NCBI RefSeq assembly: GCF_001447785.1
Contig: NW_015164305.1
Location: forward strand, 1-64,000
Length of the DNA: 64,000 bases
Direction: 5' to 3'
Source of the DNA: Gekko japonicus
Lineage: Eukaryota
Shown: positions 11,774-24,124 of the stretch, in pieces
How the letters are laid out: each line of letters opens with the position of its first letter
Numbering within the stretch: the first letter of the stretch is position 1
Translations under genes and position numbers: made by a program
The notes under the pieces: generated by a model
What the model was told of the DNA's origin: nothing
The model's database searches: none
Seen by the model: only the letters and a program-made list of their open reading frames with translations

Positions 11774-12934
11774 TTATGGTATATACCTTCCATAAAGGTC
11801 AAGGTACATGACCTTAGTAAAAATAAATAATTAAAATGTGTATTAGAAACAGAACCACCAAAAATGCTAAAACAACTTTGCTCTGTTCTGGTTTAAGACG
11901 TCAGTCTGAATAAGACTATTGTACATGTCAGGGAACCCCATCCAGGATGTTTAGGCCAGATTTTAAGGGGAGAAAGGGTTCTAATTTTTAAAGGGTTGCA
12001 TCCAGTTCTTCTGTAAACTTCTGAAATTCTTGAGGATAAATATCAGCTGGCTCTGTTTCTGCAGCTCATTTTCCTGACATGGTGACTGTTGAGCTCCAGC
12101 CAATAAGAACATTTTGTGCCTTTGCTTTCCCAATTTAATTTAGATAGTATTCATAGTTTGGCCATGCAAATTGTGATGGAGTGAAGGTAGTCAGTCAGTA
12201 TAATATGCTGGATCTTTAGGTTTTTAGTCCTTAGTAACTGGCACATCAGTTTGAATTTGCAAACTGCACCGGAAGGGCATGATCTAGAGAACTTGTTAGG
12301 ATATTATGCTTTTAGTATTATTTTTTTTATGCCCTAAGAAACTAGGCTTGCATCCTAGCAGGGCTCATAGATCCAGCCTTGCATCTGAAATTGCAGGTAG
12401 TGGCAGCTGAAGTCTTCTATAAGCTCTGTCTAAAACTATGCCTTTCCTGCAACACAGACTTTGCAATCATAATTAATTCTCTTGTAATCTCATTTCATAT
12501 GGGATTGTCCTTGGAGGGTCTGGAAACTGCAGCCAAACTGAATGCAGTACTCTGAAGGTAAGAACATGTATAATTAATTTTTCTGTAATTCCAATGGCTG
12601 ACTGTTAGCTTCCAGGCCCAATTCAAGGTATTTATTCTGAATTATGAATATTATCTGGCCAGCATGTTTTAGGGAGCATCTCTTCCGTAAGCAAAATATG
12701 AGAAACCAGATTTTCTGTGGAAGGGAAATGATGCATAGTTACGTTGGTGGCAGCTCCAGAGAGCTCAGCCTTATCCCTGCTTTGTGATTGTTTAGCAAGA
12801 ATTGAGAAGTTTTCATCTTCAAGAGGCCCTTCTGTGATCCTTTTAAAACAATGCGTCAAAGTGTTCTGAAATCAGTTTGCCTCCGTGGTATTTGTGTTTT
12901 TGCTTAGATACGCTGTAGACAATATTATGGTATG

Positions 12935-13177
12935 GAGAAGAAGAGTTGGTTTTTATACCCCACTTTTCTCTACCCTAAGGCACCTCAAAGTGGCTTACAA
13001 TCACCTTTCCTTCCTCTTCCCATAACAGGCACCCTGTGAGGTAGGTGGGGCTGTGAGAGTTCTGAGAGAACTGTGACTAGCCCAAGATCTCCCAGCAGGC
13101 TTCACATGGAGAAGTGGGGAATCAAACCTGGTTCTCCAAATTAGCGTCCGCTGCTCTTAACCTCTACACCACACTGG
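12935..13177 (-). mobile_element. tRNA-derived SINE (Squam3-like)
   Basis: Reverse complement of the 11502 family. Confidence 0.8.
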
Positions 13178-13376
13178 TATGTGGTTTTGATTTTAATTCT
13201 GTTTTAAAGATTACAAAAATGCTCATGACAGAGTTCAAACACCTGACATGGGATTTAATATTCATAACCATACCAAGCCATATCAGCTTTCGTGCACTCA
13301 TCTCAAATCTTGCTGCTTACTACTAACACTCATTTACATAATATATACATTGACTGAATATTTCTATGGGCTTTTC

Positions 13377-13824
13377 CCAGGGCTCCCAAGTATGTACCTT
13401 AATTCGGTGGGGGATGTATAGTTCTTCGCGGGACCATTCCCGCGGGGAAAACACAGGCGCTGCACTATTCCGTCGCCCAGACGTGCGAAAATAAGACACT
13501 GTCTTATATTTATTTTTTCTCAAGAAGACACACTAGGGCTTATACCACAAATGCATAGAAATCCTGCTAGGGCTTATTTTTTGGGTAGGTCTTATTTTCG
13601 GGAAAACAGGGTAGGCACGTAGCCTTGCGACGCTCTAGCAATGGGGCTGGAAACTCGATGGTACCATCGAGTTTCCAGTCCCATTACCAGAGTGTCGCCC
13701 AGGTACGTGCCTATGTCACGTCTGGGTGATGGAACAGTGCAGCTCCTGTTTTCCAAGCAAGAATCTTCTGGCGGGGAAGCATGTGTCCCCCGCCGGATCG
13801 TAGGTAGGTACTTGGGAACCCTAG
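13377..13824. mobile_element. Palindromic fold-back element (centre 13662/13663)
   Basis: Perfect 32-bp palindrome at 13647-13678. Inner arms span 13614-13711; outer arms are 13377-13485 versus 13717-13824. Confidence 0.8.
13486..13613. mobile_element. Tc1/mariner-type MITE nested in the fold-back element
   Basis: TIR cgaaaataagac ... gtcttattttcgggaaaacaggg followed by TA. Left TIR truncated. Confidence 0.65.
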
Positions 13825-14552
13825 CTTTCCCCCAGAATGCCTGGTAGCAACACAGGGATCCATCCTTTAATCCAGTCTTCAGACAGTGGAGCATTTCACC
13901 ACTGCAAGGGGTGTGTTATGCCAGTACTCCTGTGTTGACTGCAGGCTATAGCAGAGTGGAATTCTAGGATAGAATCAGAGTTGGAAACGGCCATACAGGC
14001 CATCTGGTCCAGCCACTTGTTCAATGCAGAATCAGCCTAAAGCATCCCTAACAAGGGTTTGTCCACCCTCTGCTTGAAGACTGCTAGTGAAGGGGCGCTC
14101 ACCACCTTCCTTGGCAGCCGATTCCACTGCTGAACTACTCTTACTGTACAAAGTTTTTTCCTAATATCCAGCCAGTATCTTTCTGCCTGTAATTTAAACC
14201 CATTATTTAGAGTCCTGTCCTCTGCTGGCAACAACTATAGCACCCTCCTTTAAGTGACAGCCTTTCAAATACATAAAGAGAGCAATCATGTCTCCAGCCT
14301 TTCCTCCTGGGCTTGGCCTCCAGGCCCCTGATTTTCTTTTGTCTCCCTCCTCTTCATATGCTTCACTTTGTCTCCATCCTTCTTGAAGCGGGGCCTCCAG
14401 AACAGCACACAGTACTCCAGGTGTGGCCTGACCAATGCAGTTTACAGAGGGACTATGACATCTTGTGGTTTGGATGTTATGCCTCTGTTAATACTCTCCA
14501 AGACCGCATTATCCTTTTTTTTGCTGCTGCATCACATTGATTGCTCATATTT

Positions 14553-14973
14553 ATTTAGATTTCTATCCCACCCTTCCCTGAAGACCAGGCTCAGAGTGGG
14601 TTACACCAACAACAAAACCACATAATCAAATTATTCAATAATTAAACATATCAACAGTCATTAAAGCCTAATAACCTCAATTACTTCAGTAACAAATGGC
14701 GATCGTTGGCACCCTAATTGCTCCCTAATTAAGTTCCCCATCTGTGTGCAGGGAGATGATGGCTGATACTGATGGAGATGTACAGATAAAGTGCAAGATG
14801 AAGCAAGCAAAGAAATGCAAAGCCCATAGGCAGAGCCAAGCAGGGGGAGGCTGGTATAGATAGATCTCCACCACCTCAACTATAGGCCTGCCAGAACATG
14901 TCCGTTTCACAGGCCCTGCAAAACTGCATTAGGTCTTGCAGGGCCCGGATTTAATTAGGGAGAGTGTTCCACC
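14553..14973 (-). mobile_element. L2 3' fragment nested in CR1
   Basis: L2 tail (tttatttagatttctatcccacc). CR1 sequence resumes at 14974 (agcttacagtc). Confidence 0.75.
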
Positions 14974-15417
14974 AGCTTACAGTCTACTCATACCCCGAGA
15001 TCTAGCCCGAAGTATCTGCCATTCATTATGTGTGCTCTCATCTTTGTTGCCCAGATGTAGAACTCTGCACTTACCCTCGTTGAACTGCATCTTATTCACA
15101 TCCACCCACCTTTCCAGTGTGTTCAGATCTTGTTGAATTCTATCTTTATCTTTTGGTGCATTTGCTGCTACTCCTAATTTAGTGTCATCTGCAAATTTAA
15201 TGAGTAGTTCCTCCGTCCCCCTCCAAATTATTTGTAAAAATATTGAAAAGTACTGGGCCCAGAACTGAGCCTTGTGGCACCCTACTGGATACCTCCTTCC
15301 AATCAGATGAAATGCTATTGACAACTACTCTTTGGGTGCAGTTCTCCAGCCAGCTCCCTGTCCACCAAACTATCCTAGAGTCCAGTCTGCAGTCCTCCAG
15401 TTTACCCATCAGAACAT

Positions 15418-15867
15418 ACCCATATATGCCCCGAAAAGCATTACGCTGTGAGTGTCAACATCTCCTGGCAATCCCTGGCCCAAAGGGCATCCGCTTAGCC
15501 TTGACCTGGGCCAGGGCTTTTTCCGCCCTGGCCCCCACCTGGTGGAACATGCTCCCTACTGAGATCAGGGCCCTGTGGGATCTTATTCAATTCTGCAGGG
15601 CCTGCAAGACGGAGCTGTTGCGCCAGGCTTTTGGCTGAGGCAGTGGGTATCCACTCATAGCCTCCCCAAGGTTGCTGTCTCCCACCCACTGATAACTGGC
15701 CCTATTTACCTATATCAATGGGCCAGATTCTCCCTATGGCAAGCTATAATTATTGATTTCATATGTTTGTAATGCATTTTAAAATTTTATTGTATTTATG
15801 GAAATGTTGTAACCTGTCCTGAGCCCGTTTACAGGATGGGTGGGGTATAAATGCAAAAATAAAAATA
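15418..15867 (+). mobile_element. L2 3' fragment nested in CR1, with TSD
   Basis: RAFSALAPTWWNMLP L2 C-terminus, tail ggggtataaat...aaaaataa, and TSD agaacat at 15411-15417 and 15868-15874. Confidence 0.85.
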
Positions 15868-17681
15868 AGAACATCATGGGGAACTCTGTCAAAAGCTTTA
15901 CTGAAATCCAGGTAAACAACGTGATGGCGTTCCCATGATCCAGTAAGCTCATTGCATGATCAAAGAAGGAAGTGGGGGCTGATCTGACAGGACCTGTTGG
16001 GGACAAATCTAGGTTGACTTTCTTGTATCTATCCCTGTATCCTCCAGATGCTTGCAGACTGACCCCATTAAAATCTGCTCTGGTATCTTCCCTGGGACAG
16101 AGGTCAGACTGACTGGCCTGTAGTTTTCGAGATCATCTTTCCTCCCTTTTTTGAAGACTGGAATAACATTTGCCCGCCTCCAGTCTTGTAGCACATCTCC
16201 TGTCCTCCAGGAGGTCTTGAAGATAATGGACAAAGGCTCTGCAAGCTCTCTAGAAAGTTCTTTGAGCACTCTCAGGTGCACACCATCTGGCCTGGGCGAT
16301 TTGTATTCTTCCAATTCATCCAGGTGCCTCTCAACAATCTCTGTCCATGTCAACTAGCAGCCCAGCTGCCATGTCTTGCCTACTACCTTCTCTAGATAAG
16401 CCCATTCTCTTCTTCAGGGAAGAAACTGAGGCAAAATAGGCATTGAGCCTTTCTGCTGTCTCTCTGTCCTCTATCAGAGTTTTTCCATTTTCACCCAACA
16501 ATGGGCCTATCACCTCTATTACCTTGCATTTGCTCCTCTTCAGAAGGATCCAGCTGGTTGACTACAATCCTGCACATGGACTTCTTCAGTTTCTTTTACT
16601 TCATGATTTATATACAGTCCTTGTAGGACTGTAGCCACACAGCTAATTTGATTATGCCTGTGCAAGTATACATTTTCATTTCATGCACTATTAAGCTGGA
16701 CATTTGGAAATATGATACAAATAAAAAATCAAAACAGAATATAATTTAAAAGACCCCAGCTCCTGTCATCACTTATTCTTGTTAATTTCAAAGCACTCCT
16801 ACTTCTGATTTTTAAAAGTTTTGAGCAATATTTGTTCAGGATTTCATAAATCACTTTTGAAATACTTACGACTAAATTGGCTTAAAAATACTTTGGAAGC
16901 CATGAAACTAAAGTAAATTATTGGCTTCAAAATACATACCTGTGGGCTGTAATTGCAAAAGGCTGCTGAAATGATCAGGAGTTGTTGCCATATTAGTTTT
17001 TGTAAAGTTCTTACCTCCAAACACATATTTATGAGAGTTGTTGCCTTTCTTCCAACACAGAATGATCCTTTGTCACTGCAAAGTGCTTTCTGTGGTACTG
17101 TTTGGGATTAAATGCTTCACACTTAAACAGTGAAAAGGTTTCATGTGATGTGGAAGGGTAGGTGAAGAAAATGGACCGGATATACTTTTCCCTCTTGAGG
17201 AAAAGCTGGATCAAAAACTGCACAGATTGAGCTGTATTTGCATGGTAGATTCCAGTGCTTTTTATTGTCCTGTATAGCGACTGCACAAATCATGGAACAC
17301 AGATATCACTCAATTATTTGCTTTCTCAAGGCAAGTGTTTATGTGGAATAATTTCTACACACCTTCCAAATCTTTGATCTTTTGTTTAACTTTAATGCAT
17401 AACTCAGCTAATTTCCCACAGCTCATATACACTTGGGACAACAGATATATCTGGTATAATTAAACAAAGATGAGTGGGTTTTATTTAACTGAATAACTGC
17501 TCTGTTATATACTTTTAATATGTAATACCTGGAATAAAACTTTGTTCATATGTATTAAATTCAAAGCAGTTCTCAAATTATCAAAGCAAAGAACTGTTAT
17601 TTTGGTTTATATTCAAATGCTACTGGTTACTCCAGTAAACTAAAAACATGTATTTATGTGAATAAAATGAAAGTGTTAGAA

Positions 17682-18323
17682 CAGGGGTGTCAAACATATG
17701 GCCTGTGGGCCGGAAGCGGCCTGCCCAAGGCTTTAATCTGGCTCGCAGTTCTCTTTTCTCCCTCCTCCCTGCTTCTGCCTGTCCTCGTCCTTTTGCGCTG
17801 CCTCTGAGTGCAGAGAGCAGAGGACAGGCTGTCGAACTTCCCTCGTCTTTGCTGGCTGAGGGGGAGGGAGCTTGGTTGCAAACGTTGTGCTTCCCGGTGG
17901 AGGCTTTCCTCTTGTGTTCATTGAGCTAAGGAGCCAGGTGGGCCTATCCCTAGCACCTCCAGTTAAAAGGACCAGGCTGTGGCTTATTATGAGAAAGACT
18001 TCAACCTGAGACCCTGGAGAGCCACTGCCACTCTGAGTAGACCGGGGGCAGGGGGGAAGCTTGCAGTGCCCAGCCACTTTATGTTTCCCCCTGGGTCCTA
18101 GGCTCAGAGTATTGACCATGAAAGCAGGCTGGGGAAAGGGTTTGCTGCCTCCTCCAGGCAGTACACAAGTATCAGTCCCGTGCTGCACTGCATATTTAAT
18201 TGTGTTTGTGGCCTTTTATCTCTGCAACCTGGTACTACATTTTATGACAAACATGGCCCAGCCCAACAAAGTTCCATTTCTGTAAGATCCCACCCCTTAT
18301 AACAAATGAATTCTACACCCTTG
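17682..18323. mobile_element. hAT (Charlie-like) non-autonomous DNA transposon
   Basis: TIRs caggggtgtcaaac / gaattctacacccttg and 8-bp TSD tgttagaa at 17674-17681 and 18324-18331. Internal SINE fragment at ~17960-18045. Confidence 0.8.
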
Positions 18324-18958
18324 TGTTAGAACAAGTGAGTGAGTCCTTAGGACTATCTAATATAGTTATTATGTAGTGTAAATCTATCTATGTTGTTGTT
18401 TCCCCCCTCTGCATTCCCTGTCAGCCTGGCCATCCCTAAAATGCTGATACTGGTCTCATGATGTTCAACATGGACAAAAAGCCGCATCCTGCAAACTCCA
18501 GCGTCAGCTTTTCATGGGTAGGAAGGGGAATGTGTGGAGGTAAAATATACCCCACTGATTCACTGGAATGTACTCCTAAATAGTGATGCTGGGTGGGATC
18601 TGGTGAAATGTTTTCAGAGGTGCAAGGACCTCCATCCAAGGCATGCAACTTTCATCCCCCCCCCCCCAAAATCCTGTTCCTGGGAGTCAGTGTACCTTAA
18701 GGAACAGGATTTTGGGGGGGGGGGGGTATCTGGGGCTGCCCCAGGAAGGGGAGATGAGAAATTTGTGCTCTGAGGGCTGGATCCAGACTGCTAACTTTGA
18801 AGCATTGGGAAAAAGAAATGTTACATAGTTCAAATATCTGCTTAATTATTTTAAGTACTTAGATTTACATTTTTTGCATAATGATGACATTTAAAACTAT
18901 AAATGCCTTAGTTGATTAAAACAACTATATCCAGTACTATAGATAAACAAGTGTCTTG

Positions 18959-19186
18959 GTATTTGTGTGTGTATGTATGTATGTATGTGCTTGCATGCTT
19001 GGAAATCATGGTGATTTCTGGCGACCCCTACTGGGGCTTGGACATATTTCAAAGAGGTGGCTTGATAGCCTGCTTCTGCGTCTGGAGCCCTGATATTCCT
19101 TGGAGGTCTCTGCCTTGGAGGTCTTGCCAGGTTTGGCCCTGCTTAGCTTCTGAGATCGGGCTTGCCTGAGCTATCCAGGTCAGGGC
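18959..19186 (-). mobile_element. 5S rRNA-derived SINE with TSD
   Basis: 5S-like gatctcagaagctaagcagggcc on the minus strand, (CATA)n tail, and TSD tagataaacaag(t/a)gtcttg at 18940 and 19187. Confidence 0.75.
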
Positions 19187-20889
19187 TAGATAAACAAGAG
19201 TCTTGTGGTGCCTTAATTACTTTTAAGTATCATAAGATTCCTGTTTGTTTTTGCTGCCACGTAGTTTCCTCTGGGTCCAAGACTTAGGGCAATGTAAACT
19301 GCTGTATGTTTTGCTACCTAAGCATGTACGTGTTTTTGTCCCCTTTGTTATCCACAACAGCAGATCTGTTGCACTTTCTGCCCCACCTCATTCTGAGTCT
19401 GTTTTCAGTGAAGCAGAGTAATAAGTATGGCTTGTTTCCCTGCACATGAGTGACAGCCGTAGCCTTTTGAGGGAAGAGGCAAAAAGGCTGAGTACATCCG
19501 GTGCTGGTTTCTGTCATCACAGTCAAACTAGGTGAGAGGTCACCAAAGGAAGGCAACCAGAAGTCCATTTGCAAAGAAGGCCTTTATGCTCCTGCCATGA
19601 AGATGGCAGCATCCTCTAAGTGCAGAAATGTGTTGTAGATTTGTTTGTTGTGTATGAATGCAGTACTTGCAGGAATGATCAGTGCATCTAGTTCTGAACT
19701 GGGCCATAGAGTGTGGATCAAGAAGTCCACACAGTCAGGCCAGGGACAGATAGGGGGTATTGTTCTACCATAATGGAAACCCCAGGCAGGTTTGCAGGAA
19801 AATTGTAAAATGTTAAAAAATTACATTGGGAGGTTAGAAAAACCCCAAATTATAGAAGCAGAGTCTGCTGCTTTAATAAAAGTGTGTTGTGAGTTCTTCG
19901 CGGCCATTTGAGCCTACATTGCTGAGGATTCCCAAGAAGCATACTAAAATGTAAATGCAGGGAGGGAAGGTAAAGGTGAAGGCAGGAGAAATAAAAAATG
20001 GAAAACAAGATGCGGGAGGATAACAAAAAGGAGGATGAGTGAGAGAGGAAGCCAGAGGCTTGCAGGGGGAGAAGTAATGAAAGGTAGGTAGGTGTGAGAG
20101 AAGGAAAGGGAGCTGCTGGGGAAAGTAAAGAAGACAAGCAAGAAGAGAAGGAATGGGGACATGAGGGGCCCTTTGTGGGTCCCCCATGTGTCATTGTCCC
20201 CCACTTGTCATTCTCCTTTCTATACACATTGTTTCTACTAATGTTACTGAAGTGTTAAGTGGCCAGTATTCTTTGTTATGTTACTGCTGTTTGGTCATGA
20301 CTGTCCAGTTTGGATTAACCTTTTTATTTAAAATATTTTTATACCTAGTTAACAGAAAGGCCAAACATGGCACAGGTGTTCAAAATATATAGGCATTTCA
20401 CTTTTTCTGTAAATCTTTTGAGCTCTGTCCCCCACCCAGCCTTTGTTAAGTGAAAGATACTTGGGACTTGAAGTGGCTTCTTTCTAAAAGTAGCACTCAG
20501 AGGTTTCACTTCATCAAAAGACTGGTAAATATGTTAGATGCTGTGGTTAAAAGAAATATGTGATTATGGGTCCTTTGTTCTATTTGCATGGCAAGAGGAA
20601 CCTGGTTGTTAGGAACTTGTTACAGAAATGTAATTTTAAAATGTTCAGTATCAATATGTGATAGTTTAGTTGCTTTCAGAATGCACATCCAGTAGTAAAA
20701 AATAGTCTCTGTTGGCAGGTGTTTGATATGATTTATGCTGAACAGTAAGGTAATCACTGTGATAAAATGTTTTATATGTTAACTAGGAATAAGGTTTGTT
20801 GTGGAAATCAATACGAGCTCTAGAGAGAGGCTCTGGGTGAGTGCCCTGGCCTTGGGTGACCTCAGCAGGGTATAATGACACAGAGCTTA

Positions 20890-21850
20890 CCGTTTTCTCC
20901 AGGGGAACTGATCTCTACCATCTGAAGAACAGTTGTAATTCTGAGTGATCTCCAGCCCTCCTCTGGAGATTGGCAACAGTGGTTCCCCAGGAGGAAATGG
21001 CTGGTTTGGAGGGTGGAGTCTATGGTATTGTACCTGTCTGAGGTCCCACTCCTCATCAAACCCCACCCCCTCCAGGCTCCACCCCTCAAATCTCCAGGAA
21101 TTTCCATACCTAAAGTTGGCAACTTTATCTCCTCCGCTCTCAGCAGCCTCTTCCTAGGCAAAGTTCTGTCTTTCTCATTAGTGGGGAGCAAAGCAGCTTA
21201 CTTCATTCTCCTCTTCCGCTTTGTTATCTGTACAGCAACCCTGCAAGGTAAGTTAGGCAGAAAGTCTGGGGCTGGTCCAAAATCACCCAGGCAGCTTCCA
21301 TAGGGAGGCTCCTGCTGTACAGGACCAAGCAGTCAGGGCTAGTGATGCCATGCCACTCAGGAGGCACAAAGTCACCCTGAGAGTGCTGGCAGGCCTAGGG
21401 TTGCCATTGCCAACAAAGACAAATTGATGCAAAGGAGGATGGAAAAGTCTCCATATCTCTATTTTGCCTTAAATTGGTTTTGATGCCAGCAGAGTGAGAA
21501 AATGCCAGAGGCTCTGGAAGCTCTCCAGCTGTCACCTGGAGATTGGCAATAATAGTATTCCTCCTCCTCAGACCCCACCCTCAGCAGGCTTCATCCCTAA
21601 AATATCCTGGAAGTTTCCAACCTGGAGTTGGCAATCCTATGTCCTTTCCAGGCAACCATCAGCCTACCTTTATCTGCCTGTCTGTCTTCAGGTTTACAAC
21701 CCCCCCCCCCCACCGCCTCTGTCTAGGGAAAGGGCATTCTTTCCCTGCAGTGGGAACCAAAGCAGCTGATATCATTCTCCTCTCCCCGTATGATCCTGTG
21801 AGGTATGTTAAGGTAGAAAGTCTGTGAATGGTCCATAATCCCCCAAGCAG
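20890..21850. repeat. Degenerate DNA-transposon (tagggttgcc...ggcaaccct TIR type) and SINE remnants, duplicated
   Basis: tagggttgcc at ~21397 and gttggcaatcct at ~21628. Blocks 20965-21300 and 21538-21850 are homologous. Confidence 0.55.
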
Positions 21851-24124
21851 CTTTTATAACACGAACCTGGGACCTGCACGCCATCCTCTGAAGCGCTCTC
21901 AGGTACATATCTGTGGCAGTAATGGGGTGACTGCTGGCACCTTTTCCTATCATTTTTTGCCTTGTGGTATTCTGCTTGTGGTGTGATCTGTCTTTTTTTG
22001 TGGTGTGGCATGGTTGTGTTATTGGGTTTGTTTCTTTTGAAGGGGAAGTGATGTGTTGTGAGTGAGGACATATTTTACCTCAGAATACACCAGGTCGCAT
22101 ATGCAACTGAGAGTTCCAACTGTCTCGCGGTGGAGGGGGGAGTTTGAGGTGCGGAATGGAGTGAAGTCCAATCAGCTTCCATATGCAAATGACCTTGAAA
22201 CGCTGGCCCAATCAGAGAAGACTGGCCTAGGCTGCAGTGGGTGGGAGAAAACTCAGGCAACACAGCCAGTAGATAGAGACACCTTGTGATTGACACATCA
22301 CAGAGCCAGTTGTTTTTGGAGTGAATGGAATCTTGCAAGACAAAAACGCTTTTATTATATAGGAGAGAAGAGATTGGATTTATACCCATACTTTTCAAAT
22401 GGCTGAAATTCCGTAGGGTTCAATATTTTTAATGAATGTTAGCAATCCTACATTTCAGGAGTTACTATTCCTGGTTAGATTAGACACTAATAAAAATCAC
22501 TTCTCAATCTTTTCTTATTTTTCCTTTCTAAAGTAACAGTCAACACAATCTGGGTAGGTGGATGTAAAAGTGTACAGGGAGTCAGCTAGCTTGTAGCCAC
22601 TATGTCAGGAATCTTAGCATAACCCCAATATGCACTCTAGTTCTCTAGAAGGAGAGATAGCAATGATAGTATTCTTCAGGCTTTCAAAAATGAAAACTGT
22701 GTTTTTGGTATACCAAGACATATAATTGTTGTCTTATTGAACTACATAAATACTAGACCTTTTTACAGAAAATTTATTCACTTTCATAGGAAGCAAGGGT
22801 AAACATAGACTAAAGGTTTGATTTAGTTGTTGTTAGGCAGTAGTTGTTGTTCCACAAACACTCACAGAACAATCCCTGCACTATAAGTAAATTCTATAGC
22901 AATTCTCATTATTTTCTTTCACAAACAGAACACCGCCTTGGGATTCAGTTTGATTTCTACTATGCTTTAGAGCAAGGTGTGAAACAGCCTTACTGTGAGT
23001 GGAACACACTTTCTATGTACCGATAGCAGTTATAACTATGCATCCAGAATTCACTAAATGAAGTAACCTGTGACAGAGCAAAATTGTCAACAGGGAAATC
23101 CAGGATTATTTTATTTCATAGATAATTTAAAATTATGTGCTTTTCAATATGTGGAATTAAAATGTTTCATTTTTTCATTAATTCAGGCAAAATTTGTAGG
23201 CTGACTTAGGCAACATAGTTTAATAAACATTTCTAATAAGCCAGCATTGAGTGGGCAATTCAGAGATCTCATCCCCAAGATGTACCCCTTCAGGACTGAC
23301 TTAATTCCACATACTTAATTCCTCCCCTGCCCCTTAACTGACAATGGCCATCAGCATTCTGTACATCTGGAAATTTATTCCTCTGGTTGCCTTTGTTCTT
23401 CAAATACTTAGAACCCTGTAATTCTTTTTCCTGTGGGTGGCCTGGATTCTTTCTGTTCCATGTTTTGGTTCTGCTCTTCCTCCAAGGAGCTCAGGTCCTC
23501 ATATGAGTTCTTTTCCTCATTTTGCTGTTTTTGCGATTGATGTGGGCACCAACCATTTTACTGGTACATATCCTGATGATAAAGCAGGCTGTGCTTGATT
23601 TGGCTATCCACTTACAGCAAAGTTTGATAGGGGAACAGCCAATATTCCTTAGCTTTAATGTCCAAATGGTATCTTTCTTGGGACACACTTTAAAGAGCTA
23701 CGATGGACAGAGTAATATTCTCTCCTTCCTTGTCATGCCCTGCTTGGGTCAGCTTGCTCTGCTTGGTAGATGTGTGGCGGTACTTTATTAAGCAGCATTT
23801 GTTAGCAAGGGAGCAACTGTACAAGTAGCATGCTGTACTAAAGGAGCAATCCTAACTTGTCTACTCAGAATCCTACTCCATTCTGTTCAGTGGTAGCTAC
23901 TCCCACAGTTAGGATTAGGATGTTAGGATTGCAGTGCTATTATAGCAAACAGATCTTTTAACCTACAGGAAGCAGTGAGAAACATTTAAATGCTGTATGT
24001 AATAAGTTATTCAGGCTGCTCTTTCTCAAGAAAGAGTGAACACTGGAATGTTAGTCAAATGTTTTTTTGTAATTTCTATTTTATTTTACAGAACTGGATA
24101 TCGAAAGGATCTGTTCTTGAAATA

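Larger units (their letters stand above)
13969..16530 (-). mobile_element. CR1 LINE (RT region to 3' end) interrupted by two L2 insertions
   Basis: Minus-strand peptides [52 protein letters not shown] and QQWNRLP. Tail atagaatc. Confidence 0.9.

Noticed and set aside
19850-20227. Hydrophobic/Ser-rich ORFs on the minus strand
   Set aside because: Low-complexity purine-rich intronic tract.
23990-24124. 45-aa N-terminal extension of Rab9A in the ORF track
   Set aside because: It runs through a clear polypyrimidine tract and acceptor ending at 24091, so 23990-24091 is intronic.
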